Shown here in pieces: positions 23,936-32,000 of a DNA stretch of 32,000 bases. Source of the DNA: Candidatus Nitrospira inopinata (lineage in GTDB: Bacteria > Nitrospirota > Nitrospiria > Nitrospirales > Nitrospiraceae); NCBI RefSeq assembly GCF_001458695.1, contig NZ_LN885086.1, positions 1,860,001-1,892,000 of the forward strand. The letters are read 5' to 3'. Position 1 is the first letter of the stretch. Each line of letters starts with the position of its first letter. The position numbers and the translations under genes were made by a program. Below the pieces are notes generated by a model, which was not told the DNA's origin, did no database searches, and was given only the letters and a program-made list of their open reading frames with translations.

Positions 23936-25753
23936 ATGGTGACAGCCGGCAGCGGAAAGATACGCGTCTTGCCCGGCGACGTCGTCGGCCGCATTGCGGC
24001 CGGGGAAGTAATCGAGCGTCCGGCCGCCGTGGTGAAAGAGCTGATCGAGAACAGTTTGGACGCGGGGAGCCGTTCCATCACCGTCGAGATTCAGGACGGC
24101 GGATTGACGATGATTCGTGTGACGGACGACGGCGAAGGAATGGAGCCCGACGACGCGATGTTGGCGTTCGAGCGGCACGCGACGAGCAAACTTCGATCTG
24201 ATCGGGATCTCTGGACCATTCGGACCATGGGATTTCGTGGCGAGGCCCTGCCGAGCATCGCCGCCGTTTCCCACGTCCGCGTCTCCACGGCCGTGCGTTC
24301 GACCGGAGTCGGCGTGTCCTTTCTGGTCAGGGGAGGAAAGATCGACGGGGTCGTCGAAGCGCCGCCCGTGGCCGGCACCAGCATTGAAGTGAAGGAGTTG
24401 TTCTACAATCAGCCGGCCCGGAAGAAATTTCTCAAATCGGCTCCTGCGGAATTCTCGCACATCAGCCGCGTCGTGCAGCAGGCGGCGCTTGCCTGGCCGT
24501 CCGTCCACTTCAGACTGCTCCATAATGGAGCGGAGGCCGTGAACTATCCGGCCGTTTCGTCCGAACGGGATCGCGTCGGCCAGGTCTATCGACTCTCGTT
24601 TCTGGCCCACTGCCGACCGGTTCAAGCGGCTCTTCCGACGGCCAGGGTCGGCGGCTATGTAATCGATCCGGTGCGGGCGCGGTCGTCGCGGGTCCCCCAG
24701 GAATTGTTTCTCAACCGCCGTCCTGTTCGAAACGCCGCCGTCTTTCACGCGGTGACGGAGGGATACGGGGCCTCTCTCGCCAAGGGCCGCCAGCCGCTCT
24801 TCGTCTTGTTCCTGGACGTCGATCCCGACCGGGTCGACGTCAACGTCCATCCCGCCAAGCGAGAGATCCGCTTTGCGGATCAGGATTTGATCCACCGGTT
24901 GGTGCGAAGGGCGGTGCGTCAAGCATTGGGAGTTGAGACGGGACTTTCGGTCGCGGGAACGGTGGAAGAGAACGGCGAATCAATCCGAACTCAGCCGCAA
25001 ATTCGGGCCGTGCACGACGAGTCGGGGTGGGGGCGAGCCGGCCCCACGAAAGCTGGAGAAGAGGCGGAAGCGTCGGATCGGCCGCTTGCCCGGCCGGACG
25101 TTCCACCCCAAGAAGGAGGCCAACTGGTTTTTGTGAGCGAAACGGCGGAGCCCTATGTGCGGGTGCCGTCGGGAGAGATCCGTCCGCTGGGTCAGCTCAA
25201 TCGCACGTTCCTGATCGTCCAGCTCGGCGGCGATTTGGCCGTGATCGACCAGCACACCGCCCATGAGCGGGTGTTGTTTGAACGGTTGTTTCGCGCGTGG
25301 GCGTCTCGGGACGTTCGATCCCAGCCGTTGCTTCTTCCCGAAACGGTCGTCTTGCCGGCTTCTCACGCGGCGCTTCTGGGTCGTCATCAAGGCGACCTTG
25401 AGAAACTCGGGTTGGAGCTTGAGCCCTTTGGGCCGTCGAGCGTGTTGGTCCGGGCCGTTCCCGTGGGGCTTGGCAAGATGGACATGGAGCCGTTTTTGCT
25501 CGATTTGCTCGATGATTTAAGCCAATGGGAGCATGCCTCAACAGTGGAGGCAAAGGTCCGTTCCATCTTGGCCTCGCTGGCCTGCCATGGCGCAATCCGT
25601 TCAGGCCGATCCTTGGAACCGCCTGAGATCAAAACGTTGGTTGAAGATTGGCGAGCCGAAGGCGAGCCGACCACCTGTCCGCATGGGCGACGAACCGTGT
25701 TTCGGCTTGGGACGGACGATCTGGAAAAAATGTTCGGGCGGGCCGGTTGGTAG
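23936..25753 (+). CDS. mutL: DNA mismatch repair protein MutL, endonuclease-type
   Basis: ATG 23936 is 9 nt after GAGGAG; the TTG at 23927 is the longest-ORF start. The GHKL ATPase N-terminus reads IAAGEVIERPAAVVKELIENSLDAG...DDGEGM...MGFRGEAL. The C-terminal endonuclease motif DQHTAHERVLFE lies at 25247-25282, and CPHGRR is also present. Confidence 0.93.
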   Translation: MVTAGSGKIRVLPGDVVGRIAAGEVIERPAAVVKELIENSLDAGSRSITVEIQDGGLTMIRVTDDGEGMEPDDAMLAFERHATSKLRSDRDLWTIRTMGFRGEALPSIAAVSHVRVSTAVRSTGVGVSFLVRGGKIDGVVEAPPVAGTSIEVKELFYNQPARKKFLKSAPAEFSHISRVVQQAALAWPSVHFRLLHNGAEAVNYPAVSSERDRVGQVYRLSFLAHCRPVQAALPTARVGGYVIDPVRARSSRVPQELFLNRRPVRNAAVFHAVTEGYGASLAKGRQPLFVLFLDVDPDRVDVNVHPAKREIRFADQDLIHRLVRRAVRQALGVETGLSVAGTVEENGESIRTQPQIRAVHDESGWGRAGPTKAGEEAEASDRPLARPDVPPQEGGQLVFVSETAEPYVRVPSGEIRPLGQLNRTFLIVQLGGDLAVIDQHTAHERVLFERLFRAWASRDVRSQPLLLPETVVLPASHAALLGRHQGDLEKLGLELEPFGPSSVLVRAVPVGLGKMDMEPFLLDLLDDLSQWEHASTVEAKVRSILASLACHGAIRSGRSLEPPEIKTLVEDWRAEGEPTTCPHGRRTVFRLGTDDLEKMFGRAGW

Positions 25754-25860
25754 AAGCAAGGGGCGTGGTGTGGGGCGAAATGAGAGCAGGCAATCGCATC
25801 GCCTGCGTCTTGCTTCGCCTTTGCCGGGATGAGCGGGCCATGAGCGGATCATAACGGCAA

Positions 25861-26871
25861 ATGACGTCGAATCTCTCGGAAACGGTGTGTCAACGACGAC
25901 CGTTGGTCGTGTTGTTGGGGCCGACGGCGGTGGGCAAAAGTCGGATCGCCGTGCAGGTGGCGAAGCATTTTTCAACCGATGTACTGGCGGCCGATTCCCG
26001 GCAGGTCTACCGAGGAATGGACATCGGCACGGACAAGCCGTCGATCGAGGAACGGCAAGGCGTGTCGCATCGACTCATTGATTTGGCCGACCCCGATGAA
26101 ACCTTCAATGCGGGACGATATCGGAGGGCCGCGATCGCGGAGATCGAGCGTCTGCACGCGGCGCGACGGTTGCCCTTCGTCGTCGGCGGAACGGGGCTGT
26201 ACATCCGCGCCTTGGTGCGGGGCCTCTGTCCGGCTCCGGAGGCCAGTCCGGAGTTGCGGGAAGAGTTTGCGCTCCTCGGCCGGAAAGAGGGCCGGGAGCG
26301 ACTCCACGCGGAATTGGCGGCGATTGATCCCTCCCTGGCGGCGCGGCTGCATCCTCGCGATGAAGCGAAGATCGTCAGAGCCCTGGAGGTGTATCGATTG
26401 TCCGGCCGGCCGATGTCCGTCTGGCAGGACCATCACGGCTTTCACGAGGCGCCGTTTTCTACGCTCTTGATCGGGTTGGAGCGGGAAAGGGAGGATCTCT
26501 ACCGAAGGATCGAGGCGCGAATCGATCGGCAGTTGACGCACGGAATGGTTGAGGAAACCCGCGCGTTGATCGATCGTGGATATGGACGGCATTTAGGGGC
26601 GATGAAGGCGTTGGGCTATCGACACGTCGCGGCGTATTTGTCCGGCGATTATGAGGAGTCCGACATGGTTCGCTTGTTCAAGCGAGATACCAGGCGCTTC
26701 GCCAAGCGACAGATGACGTGGTTTCGAAAAGAACCGGGTATTCAATGGCTGTCGATCGCGGCCGATGAATCGCCGGACCGGACGGTTCGGCGGGTGGTGT
26801 CCATGATCGAGCGGTTTCTGGACACGCTCGGCGCCGGTTCGCAATCGGATGCGATGCAAACAACGGGATAG
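25861..26871 (+). CDS. miaA: tRNA dimethylallyltransferase MiaA
   Basis: The P-loop reads LLGPTAVGKSRIAV, followed by ADSRQVYRGMDIGTDKPS and GGTGLYIRAL. The conserved mutL-miaA adjacency supports the call. Confidence 0.92.
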   Translation: MTSNLSETVCQRRPLVVLLGPTAVGKSRIAVQVAKHFSTDVLAADSRQVYRGMDIGTDKPSIEERQGVSHRLIDLADPDETFNAGRYRRAAIAEIERLHAARRLPFVVGGTGLYIRALVRGLCPAPEASPELREEFALLGRKEGRERLHAELAAIDPSLAARLHPRDEAKIVRALEVYRLSGRPMSVWQDHHGFHEAPFSTLLIGLEREREDLYRRIEARIDRQLTHGMVEETRALIDRGYGRHLGAMKALGYRHVAAYLSGDYEESDMVRLFKRDTRRFAKRQMTWFRKEPGIQWLSIAADESPDRTVRRVVSMIERFLDTLGAGSQSDAMQTTG

Positions 26872-26879
26872 GGAGCGAG

Positions 26880-27770
26880 ATGAAGGCGAACAGAACGGAT
26901 CGACGTCGAGAAGCGTCGGTGGGCGTGATCGGTGGGAGCGGTCTCTATAGGATGGAAGGGCTCAAAGACGCCAAAGAGCATCGGATTCGGACTCCCTTCG
27001 GCGCTCCCTCCGGCGCGGTGGTCGTCGGTCTGATCGACGGAGTTCGGGTGGCGTTTCTGGCTCGACACGGAAGCGGCCACCGCTTGAGTCCGAGCGAGAT
27101 CAACTATCGGGCGAATATCTACGCGCTCAAGTCGCTGGGGGTCTCTCGCGTGATTTCCATCAGCGCGGTGGGCAGTATGAAGGAATCGATCAAGCCGGGG
27201 GACGTGGTGATTCCCGATCAGTTTCTCGACCTGACGAAACGGCGCGCGTCCACGTTCTTCGAGGGCGGAGTGGTGGCGCACGTGGCGTTTGGCGATCCCG
27301 TGTGCGCCGGTCTGTCGGAGAAGCTGGCGTCGTCCGGCCGACGGGTGGGAGCGACCGTTCATTCGGGGGGCGCCTACGTCTGTATCGAGGGGCCGCAGTT
27401 CTCGACGAAAGGCGAGTCGATGCTGTATCGACGGTGGGGCGTCGACGTGATCGGGATGACCAACATGCCGGAGGCAAAATTGGCGCGCGAAGCCGAATTA
27501 TGCTACGCGACGATGGCGTTGGTGACGGACTACGACTGTTGGCACGAGACGGAAGAGGCCGTGACGGTTGAGGCGATCTTGGCCACGCTGCACCGCAACG
27601 TGGAGCTGGCGAAGCGGATTCTGCGGGAAGCGATTCCCGCCGTGGCGACGTTGGGGGCCTGCGTCTGTCAGCGAGCCTTGGACCATGCCGTTGTCACGGT
27701 CCGCAAGGGCGCGTCGGCCGCCGTCAAGAGCAAACTCGCGTTGCTGACGCGCCGTGTCTGGTCACAATAA
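26880..27770 (+). CDS. mtnP: S-methyl-5'-thioadenosine phosphorylase (PNP/MTAP family)
   Basis: VGVIGGSGLY...TPFGAPS...FLARHG.GHR..PSEINYRANIYALKSLGV...VCIEGPQFSTKGES..YR.WG.DVIGMTNMPEAKLAREAE are typical MTAP signatures. Confidence 0.88.
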   Translation: MKANRTDRRREASVGVIGGSGLYRMEGLKDAKEHRIRTPFGAPSGAVVVGLIDGVRVAFLARHGSGHRLSPSEINYRANIYALKSLGVSRVISISAVGSMKESIKPGDVVIPDQFLDLTKRRASTFFEGGVVAHVAFGDPVCAGLSEKLASSGRRVGATVHSGGAYVCIEGPQFSTKGESMLYRRWGVDVIGMTNMPEAKLAREAELCYATMALVTDYDCWHETEEAVTVEAILATLHRNVELAKRILREAIPAVATLGACVCQRALDHAVVTVRKGASAAVKSKLALLTRRVWSQ

Positions 27771-27785
27771 CAAGGAGCATGACGG

Positions 27786-28700
27786 ATGGGAAAATTGTTG
27801 GTGGTCGGATCGGTCGCTCTTGATACGGTCAAAACTCCGTTCGGTGAAAAAACCGAGGTCCTCGGCGGGTCGGCGACGTACTTCTCGGTGTCGGCGAGTT
27901 TCTTTACATCCGTCGCGCTGATTGCCGTCGTCGGAGAAGACTTTCCCCCGCAACACGTGGCGTTCTTGAAGAGTCGCGGGATCGATCTGACGGGTCTTGA
28001 ACGGCGTCCCGGCGCGACGTTCCGCTGGAAGGGCGAGTACACGCACCAGTTGAACGAAGCGCATACGTTGGAGACGCACCTCAACGTTTTTGAGACGTTT
28101 CGTCCCGTCATTCCCGACACGCATCGATCGCCCGAGGTCTTGTTCCTTGGAAATATCGATCCGGAGCTGCAATTGGACGTGCTCCAAAAAGTGAATCGCC
28201 CCGGATTGGTCGCCTGCGACACGATGAATTTTTGGATCGCCCGCAAGCGAGCGGCGCTGTGGAACGTCCTCGAACACGTGGACGTACTGATCATCAACGA
28301 CGGCGAGGCGCGGGCCCTGGGCGAGGATTCCAACCTGGTCAAGGTGGCGAAGCTGGTCCTCTCGCGAGGTCCCAAATACTTGATCATCAAGCGGGGCGAG
28401 TACGGGGTGCTGATGTTTAACGAGAAGCAGGTGTTCGGCGCCCCCGCTTTCCCCCTTGAAGACGTGCGTGATCCGACGGGAGCCGGTGACACGTTTGCCG
28501 GCGGCTTCCTGGGCTACTTGGCGGCGACCGGAAATCGATCCGAGGAAGCGATGAAACAGGCGATCATCTTCGGCAGCGTCATGGCGTCGTTTACCGTGGA
28601 ATCCTTTAGTCTTGACCGATTGCGCATCCTGGATTACAAAGAAGTGCAGGAACGATTCCGTGAGTTCAAACGCTTGACTCATTTCGAGGACATTGCGTGA
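27786..28700 (+). CDS. PfkB/ribokinase-family carbohydrate or nucleoside kinase, substrate unknown
   Basis: The N-terminus reads LLVVGSVALDTVKTPFGE...LGGSATY, and the C-terminal PfkB signature reads DPTGAGDTFAGGFLGYL. Confidence 0.8.
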   Translation: MGKLLVVGSVALDTVKTPFGEKTEVLGGSATYFSVSASFFTSVALIAVVGEDFPPQHVAFLKSRGIDLTGLERRPGATFRWKGEYTHQLNEAHTLETHLNVFETFRPVIPDTHRSPEVLFLGNIDPELQLDVLQKVNRPGLVACDTMNFWIARKRAALWNVLEHVDVLIINDGEARALGEDSNLVKVAKLVLSRGPKYLIIKRGEYGVLMFNEKQVFGAPAFPLEDVRDPTGAGDTFAGGFLGYLAATGNRSEEAMKQAIIFGSVMASFTVESFSLDRLRILDYKEVQERFREFKRLTHFEDIA

Positions 28701-29401
28701 GAAGAGCAACGGGGACGGGAAGACGGAGTCCGAAAGTCGCCGCGCGTGCGGTGGAGCTCGGCTGTTTATTGGTTTGCGCGGCATCGTTGACCCTGGCGGC
28801 CGGCTGCGCCACGAGCGAGGAGACGATCAGGAAATCGCAAGGGTACTATCAAGAGGGAGTGGCCAGTCTTCCGGGCGATCGGCAACGGGCGTTCGTGTCG
28901 TTTCAGAAAGCGGTCCAGTTGAATCCCAACAACAAAGAGGCGCGGTATGCGTTGGGGCACGTGTACGCGATGCAGGGGAAACTGGCGAAGGCGGAGGAAG
29001 AATTCCGCGCGGCGATCAAGATCGACGAGGATTTTTCGGAAGCCCACACCTACCTGGGGCAGATTCTGGCGAGCCAAAGTCGTTGGGATGACGCGATTAA
29101 GTCCTACCGACGGGCCTTGGCGAATCCGCTCTATGCAACTCCCGATCTGGCCTGGTTTCATTTGGGGAGGGCTCTGGAGCAAAAGGGCGATCTTCAGGCC
29201 TCGATCGAGGCGTTCGAAGACGCGTCGGCCACCAGTCCTCCGAGCATTCCACCGGCAATGACTCAATTGGAATTGGGACGGCTGTATTTGAAGTCGGGAT
29301 ATTCGGCCAAGGCCCGCGAGGCGCTGAAAAAAGTGGAGCTGTTGGATCAGAACGGAGAATACGCGACGGCTGCCGCTGAGCTGTCGGCTCAATTGAAGTA
29401 G
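28697..29401 (+). CDS. TPR-repeat lipoprotein, PilW/PilF-like
   Basis: The lipobox is LTLAAGC. Several TPR units are present (ARYALGHVYAMQGKLAKAEEEFRAAIKIDEDFSEAHTYLGQIL...). It sits immediately upstream of rodZ, as pilW does in other bacteria. The start is uncertain (GTG 28697 or a later GTG). Confidence 0.7.
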   Translation: MRRATGTGRRSPKVAARAVELGCLLVCAASLTLAAGCATSEETIRKSQGYYQEGVASLPGDRQRAFVSFQKAVQLNPNNKEARYALGHVYAMQGKLAKAEEEFRAAIKIDEDFSEAHTYLGQILASQSRWDDAIKSYRRALANPLYATPDLAWFHLGRALEQKGDLQASIEAFEDASATSPPSIPPAMTQLELGRLYLKSGYSAKAREALKKVELLDQNGEYATAAAELSAQLK

Positions 29402-29412
29402 CAGAGGGCACT

Positions 29413-30348
29413 ATGGAGTCGGTCGGCGAATTTTTCAGACAGGTACGAGAAGCGAAGGGGTTGACCGTCGACGAGGTGTCCTCCAAGACTCGAATCCGAG
29501 CCGACTTCGTCCGGGCGCTCGAGGAAGGCAATTTTTCCAAACTCCCCGACCAAGTGTTCGCCAGAGGGTTCGTTCGTTCCTATGCTCGCTCGCTTGGCTT
29601 GGACGAGGAAGACGCGATCCAACGGTTCACCAAGTCGGCCGGCGCGTTTTACGAAAAGCAGGACGAGCGGGAACGGCTTAAGCTCCGTCAGATGGAAGAG
29701 GAGCGAAAGCGCCGGGCGAATCGAAAAGCGGTGGGAGTGGCGATCGCCATCGCCGTAGTCGTCTTGATCGTTTTGTTGAGCCGGGAACAATCGTCCATGC
29801 TTCGGCACGCGGATTCGGACGAGGTCCTCACCGCGCAAAACAGCATGGGGACCGTGAAAGATGAACTTGCCGCGACATCGCAGCGTGACGGCGGGGAGCC
29901 GGAATTTTCCGGCGAGCCTCTGAAACAACATGACAAAACGACGACGCAGCAGCCTCTGACGTCGGCGGAGGAGACTCGCCGTCTTGAACCGACTCCTCCG
30001 CCCATTACGGCTTCAAGAGTGGAATCCCAGACGACTTCTACCGTCTCGCCCGGTGCGGACGGGCCGTTGGGAGGGATTTCTTTTGAAAGAGGCGGAATTG
30101 CCGGAGACGACCAATTGGTGCTGGATCTGGAGGCCACCGAATTAAGCTGGGTTGTCGTGCAAGTCGACAACGGCAGCCCGCAGGAATCATTGTTGAGGCC
30201 TGGTGAAAAGGCGCAGTGGAAAGGTCAGAACCAGTTCGTCCTCACGCTCGGCAACGCCGGAGGAGTCAAGGCGGAACTGAACGGGAAGCCTCAAAAACCG
30301 TTCGGCCCGAGCGGTAAAGTCGCGCGCGATATTGTTTTAAAGCGATAA
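29413..30348 (+). CDS. rodZ: Cytoskeleton/cell-shape protein RodZ (N-terminal HTH, TM, C-terminal DUF4115-like domain)
   Basis: The HTH and RodZ signature reads GEFFRQVREAKGLTVDEVSSKTRIRADFVRALEEGNFSKLPDQVFARGFVRSYARSLGLD. The single TM is VGVAIAIAVVVLIVLL. The C-terminal domain reads LDLEATELSWVVVQVDNG...GNAGGVKAELNG. Confidence 0.85.
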   Translation: MESVGEFFRQVREAKGLTVDEVSSKTRIRADFVRALEEGNFSKLPDQVFARGFVRSYARSLGLDEEDAIQRFTKSAGAFYEKQDERERLKLRQMEEERKRRANRKAVGVAIAIAVVVLIVLLSREQSSMLRHADSDEVLTAQNSMGTVKDELAATSQRDGGEPEFSGEPLKQHDKTTTQQPLTSAEETRRLEPTPPPITASRVESQTTSTVSPGADGPLGGISFERGGIAGDDQLVLDLEATELSWVVVQVDNGSPQESLLRPGEKAQWKGQNQFVLTLGNAGGVKAELNGKPQKPFGPSGKVARDIVLKR

Positions 30349-30546
30349 CGCCTGGCCAACGGGATGATGTCACGCGCGTCACCTTGCCGGTCTCTCCACG
30401 GGCATTTATTCCATAGAGACCACGTGTCTTCAGACAGAGGTTGTTGTGTGTGTGCGTGGCGGGTTTGCAGCCGTGAGGAGAATCTTCACGCCTCGGCGTC
30501 TTCAATGGAAAATAGCGCGGCGGCGGGGCGAGAGCGATTGTTTGAC

Positions 30547-30578
30547 GGGATGAGCTGGGGATGAACCCGGGATGAACC
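30547..30578 (+). repeat. Three helically phased direct repeats GGGATGA(G/A)C(T/C), 11-bp period, immediately upstream of the cytochrome c promoter
   Basis: GGGATGAGCT at 30547-30556, GGGATGAACC at 30558-30567 and GGGATGAACC at 30569-30578, read directly. The last copy ends 17 nt before the -35 hexamer. Confidence 0.7.
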
Positions 30579-30595
30579 AGTGAAAAGGTCGTTTC

Positions 30596-30625
30596 TTGAC
30601 AGGAATTTAAAGGGGTTGGTATAGT
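30596..30625 (+). promoter_or_regulatory. Near-consensus sigma70 promoter of the cytochrome c gene
   Basis: TTGACA (30596-30601), an 18-nt spacer, then TATAGT (30620-30625). This predicts a 5' UTR of about 95 nt before ATG 30727. Confidence 0.65.
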
Positions 30626-30726
30626 CCGATCGTTTTGACGGCTTTTGCATGCGTCTTATGGCATTTCAACCTGCCGCTTGTTGCGGAATCACTGCACGGT
30701 CAGTTCAATACAAAGGAGGATGTGTG

Positions 30727-31173
30727 ATGGGGTATCTGTCGAAGTTTTTGGGGGTCAGCGCAGCGCTGGTGCTGTTGTCGGCTTCTCTGGTTGGGGCGGA
30801 AGAGCGAGATCCCACGAAGCCTCGCGTTCCGGCCGATCAACTGGCGGATGCAAAAGCCATGAAGAATCCGATAGAGCCTACGGCGGACAGTATTGCGAAG
30901 GGAAAGGCGCTGTACGAAGGGAAAGGCACCTGTTTCAACTGTCATGGAAAAACAGGCAAGGGTGACGGCCCCGCCGGCGCGATGTTGAATCCGAGCCCGC
31001 GCGACTTTACCAACTGCAAATTCCACAAGAAGCGGAAAGACGGCGAACTCTTCTGGGTCATTAAAAACGGCAGCCCCGGCACCGGGATGGTCTCTTTGAT
31101 TCCGGCCGCTATCAACGACGAAGAAGCGTGGCATATCATCAACTACGAGCGAAGCTTCTGTAAGGGTGAGTAA
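30727..31173 (+). CDS. Secreted class I monohaem c-type cytochrome
   Basis: ATG 30727 is 7 nt after GGAGG. The signal peptide is MGYLSKFLGVSAALVLLSASLVGA. The haem-binding motif is CFNCH, with a distal Met candidate in GSPGTGMVS. The upstream in-frame ATG 30649 lacks an RBS. Confidence 0.88.
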   Translation: MGYLSKFLGVSAALVLLSASLVGAEERDPTKPRVPADQLADAKAMKNPIEPTADSIAKGKALYEGKGTCFNCHGKTGKGDGPAGAMLNPSPRDFTNCKFHKKRKDGELFWVIKNGSPGTGMVSLIPAAINDEEAWHIINYERSFCKGE

Positions 31174-31230
31174 GTAATTAGACGTTTATCGACATCCACC
31201 GATGGACGTGTAGTTTCGCTCGGCCAACAG

Positions 31231-31269
31231 GGCGGGCGGGAAGGTCGCTTCCCGCCCGCCTTTGTTTTT
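31231..31269 (+). terminator. Rho-independent terminator shared by the convergent cytochrome c and small-protein genes
   Basis: A perfect 13-bp stem GGCGGGCGGGAAG / CTTCCCGCCCGCC with loop GTCG (31231-31260), followed by TTTGTTTTT (31261-31269). Confidence 0.85.
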
Positions 31270-31288
31270 CTCATCAAGCCAAAAACAC

Positions 31289-31654
31289 TTACTGCGGCGA
31301 GGCGGTCACTCTCGTTCCCTCCTTCACCGGCGGTTCGATCTTAATGTGCGGTCCCTCGACCTTGGGGAGGAGACCGGCGCCGGGCTTTTCGATGATCCGT
31401 CGGTTCTCTTCGTTCATCAGAAGGTTTTGCTTGCTGTGACTCTCGTTGACGCGAGCAGAGTCAACGAGGGCCTCCTGCACCGTTACATTCTTTTGACCGG
31501 CATCGTTCGCCAGTAACTGCCCGTTGACCGGATCGACGGCCTTTCCCATGGGATAGCCCGGGTGTTTAGGGAGCATCGCCGGATTGGCAAGCGCGAGAAG
31601 GGAACCGACGAGCCATCCGGCCGCGACAAAACACGCAAGAAGCGAGAGTTTCAT
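31289..31654 (-). CDS. Small secreted hypothetical protein (121 aa)
   Basis: ATG 31654 is preceded by AAGGAGG at good spacing. The signal peptide is MKLSLLACFVAAGWLVGSLLALA. I recognise no family motif in the mature part. Confidence 0.6.
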   Translation of the reverse strand: MKLSLLACFVAAGWLVGSLLALANPAMLPKHPGYPMGKAVDPVNGQLLANDAGQKNVTVQEALVDSARVNESHSKQNLLMNEENRRIIEKPGAGLLPKVEGPHIKIEPPVKEGTRVTASPQ

Positions 31655-32000
31655 GGCGCGACCTCCTTGTGAAAGTGAAAAACGGGAGCGTGCGGTCGAG
31701 AGATACACTCGGCAGGGGCAATGGCAGAGAAGCAGAAGGCAGCGGAACGAAAGGAAAAAACACCTACCCCGGTTTCATACAGCACCCCCGGGACTGACAA
31801 TAACATTGCGTACCGGTCGAACCGAAGTCAAGCAGGCTGCGGGCGATCCTCGACGGCTGATGGCGATATCGCGGTAAGCCGATTAGAGGCTCCCGATGGG
31901 AACAATCTGACGTCTGTCCACAGGGACCGATCTATCAAAATTGAGAATGGGGTGGGATTCCAACGGAAAGTGCGGACGCCGTATTCGACGGCTGCGCCAA

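Noticed and set aside
30364-30564. 66-aa Cys/His-rich ORF (MMSRASPCRSLHGHLF...) after rodZ
   Set aside because: It has no RBS and an odd composition, and it overlaps the repeat array of the cytochrome promoter. I treat the region as non-coding.
30649-30726. In-frame upstream ATG extending the cytochrome c by 26 residues
   Set aside because: The extension (MRLMAFQPAACCGITARSVQYKGGCV) would bury the signal peptide. A GGAGG sits at ideal distance from ATG 30727.
31740-31800. A minus-strand hairpin (CCCGG...CCGGG) followed by a T6 run upstream of the small secreted protein gene, considered as a terminator or attenuator
   Set aside because: The stem is only 5 bp with a ~15-nt loop, so it is not a convincing intrinsic terminator. 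The neighbouring -35-like TTGACT has no acceptable -10 at 16-19 nt.
1-32000. A scan for CRISPR arrays, transposases or IS ends, prophage genes, toxin-antitoxin pairs and known defence-system domains
   Set aside because: I recognised none. All substantial ORFs are accounted for by housekeeping, envelope or signalling functions, and I saw no long or regularly spaced repeats.

Overview
GC-rich (by eye about 60 %, not computed) chromosomal segment of a diderm bacterium. The proteins look Nitrospira/Nitrospirota-like to me, but I cannot verify that without a database search. I support about 30 protein genes and 2 tRNAs, mostly core envelope and housekeeping functions. In window order they are: a tandem-receiver protein that may continue upstream of the window; an amidohydrolase; and a lysophospholipid recycling pair (an MFS LplT-like transporter fused to a PlsC acyltransferase, then an Aas-type acyl-ACP synthetase). 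Next comes a four-gene minus-strand operon of stand-alone receiver, TonB-dependent receptor, orphan PF04392-type periplasmic binding protein and HAMP histidine kinase. Then an SRPBCC protein; a minus-strand operon of an LpoA/LivK-like TPR binding protein, an M50 protease and trpS; xerD; and tRNA-Val(TAC) and tRNA-Asp(GTC). A complete Tol-Pal cluster follows (tolQ-tolR-tolA-tolB-pal) with two tandem CpoB/YbgF paralogs. The rest is mutL-miaA-mtnP, a PfkB kinase, a PilW-like TPR lipoprotein and rodZ, then a monohaem cytochrome c with a near-consensus promoter, convergent with a small secreted orphan protein. I saw no CRISPR array, transposase, prophage or recognisable defence gene. The best candidate for something undescribed is the receiver/TonB-receptor/binding-protein/kinase operon, which has no ABC permease or ATPase and looks like an outer-membrane-to-kinase sensing module. 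Other points worth a second look: an apparent frameshift at a G4/C4 run splitting a probable LplT-PlsC-Aas triple fusion; a Cys4 (Fe-S type) motif in TrpRS; the duplicated lipoprotein CpoB genes, one with a roughly 250-aa coiled-coil-like extension; three helically phased direct repeats upstream of the cytochrome c promoter; and a repeated hairpin motif downstream of both tRNAs. All family assignments come from motif recognition by eye, with no searches run.
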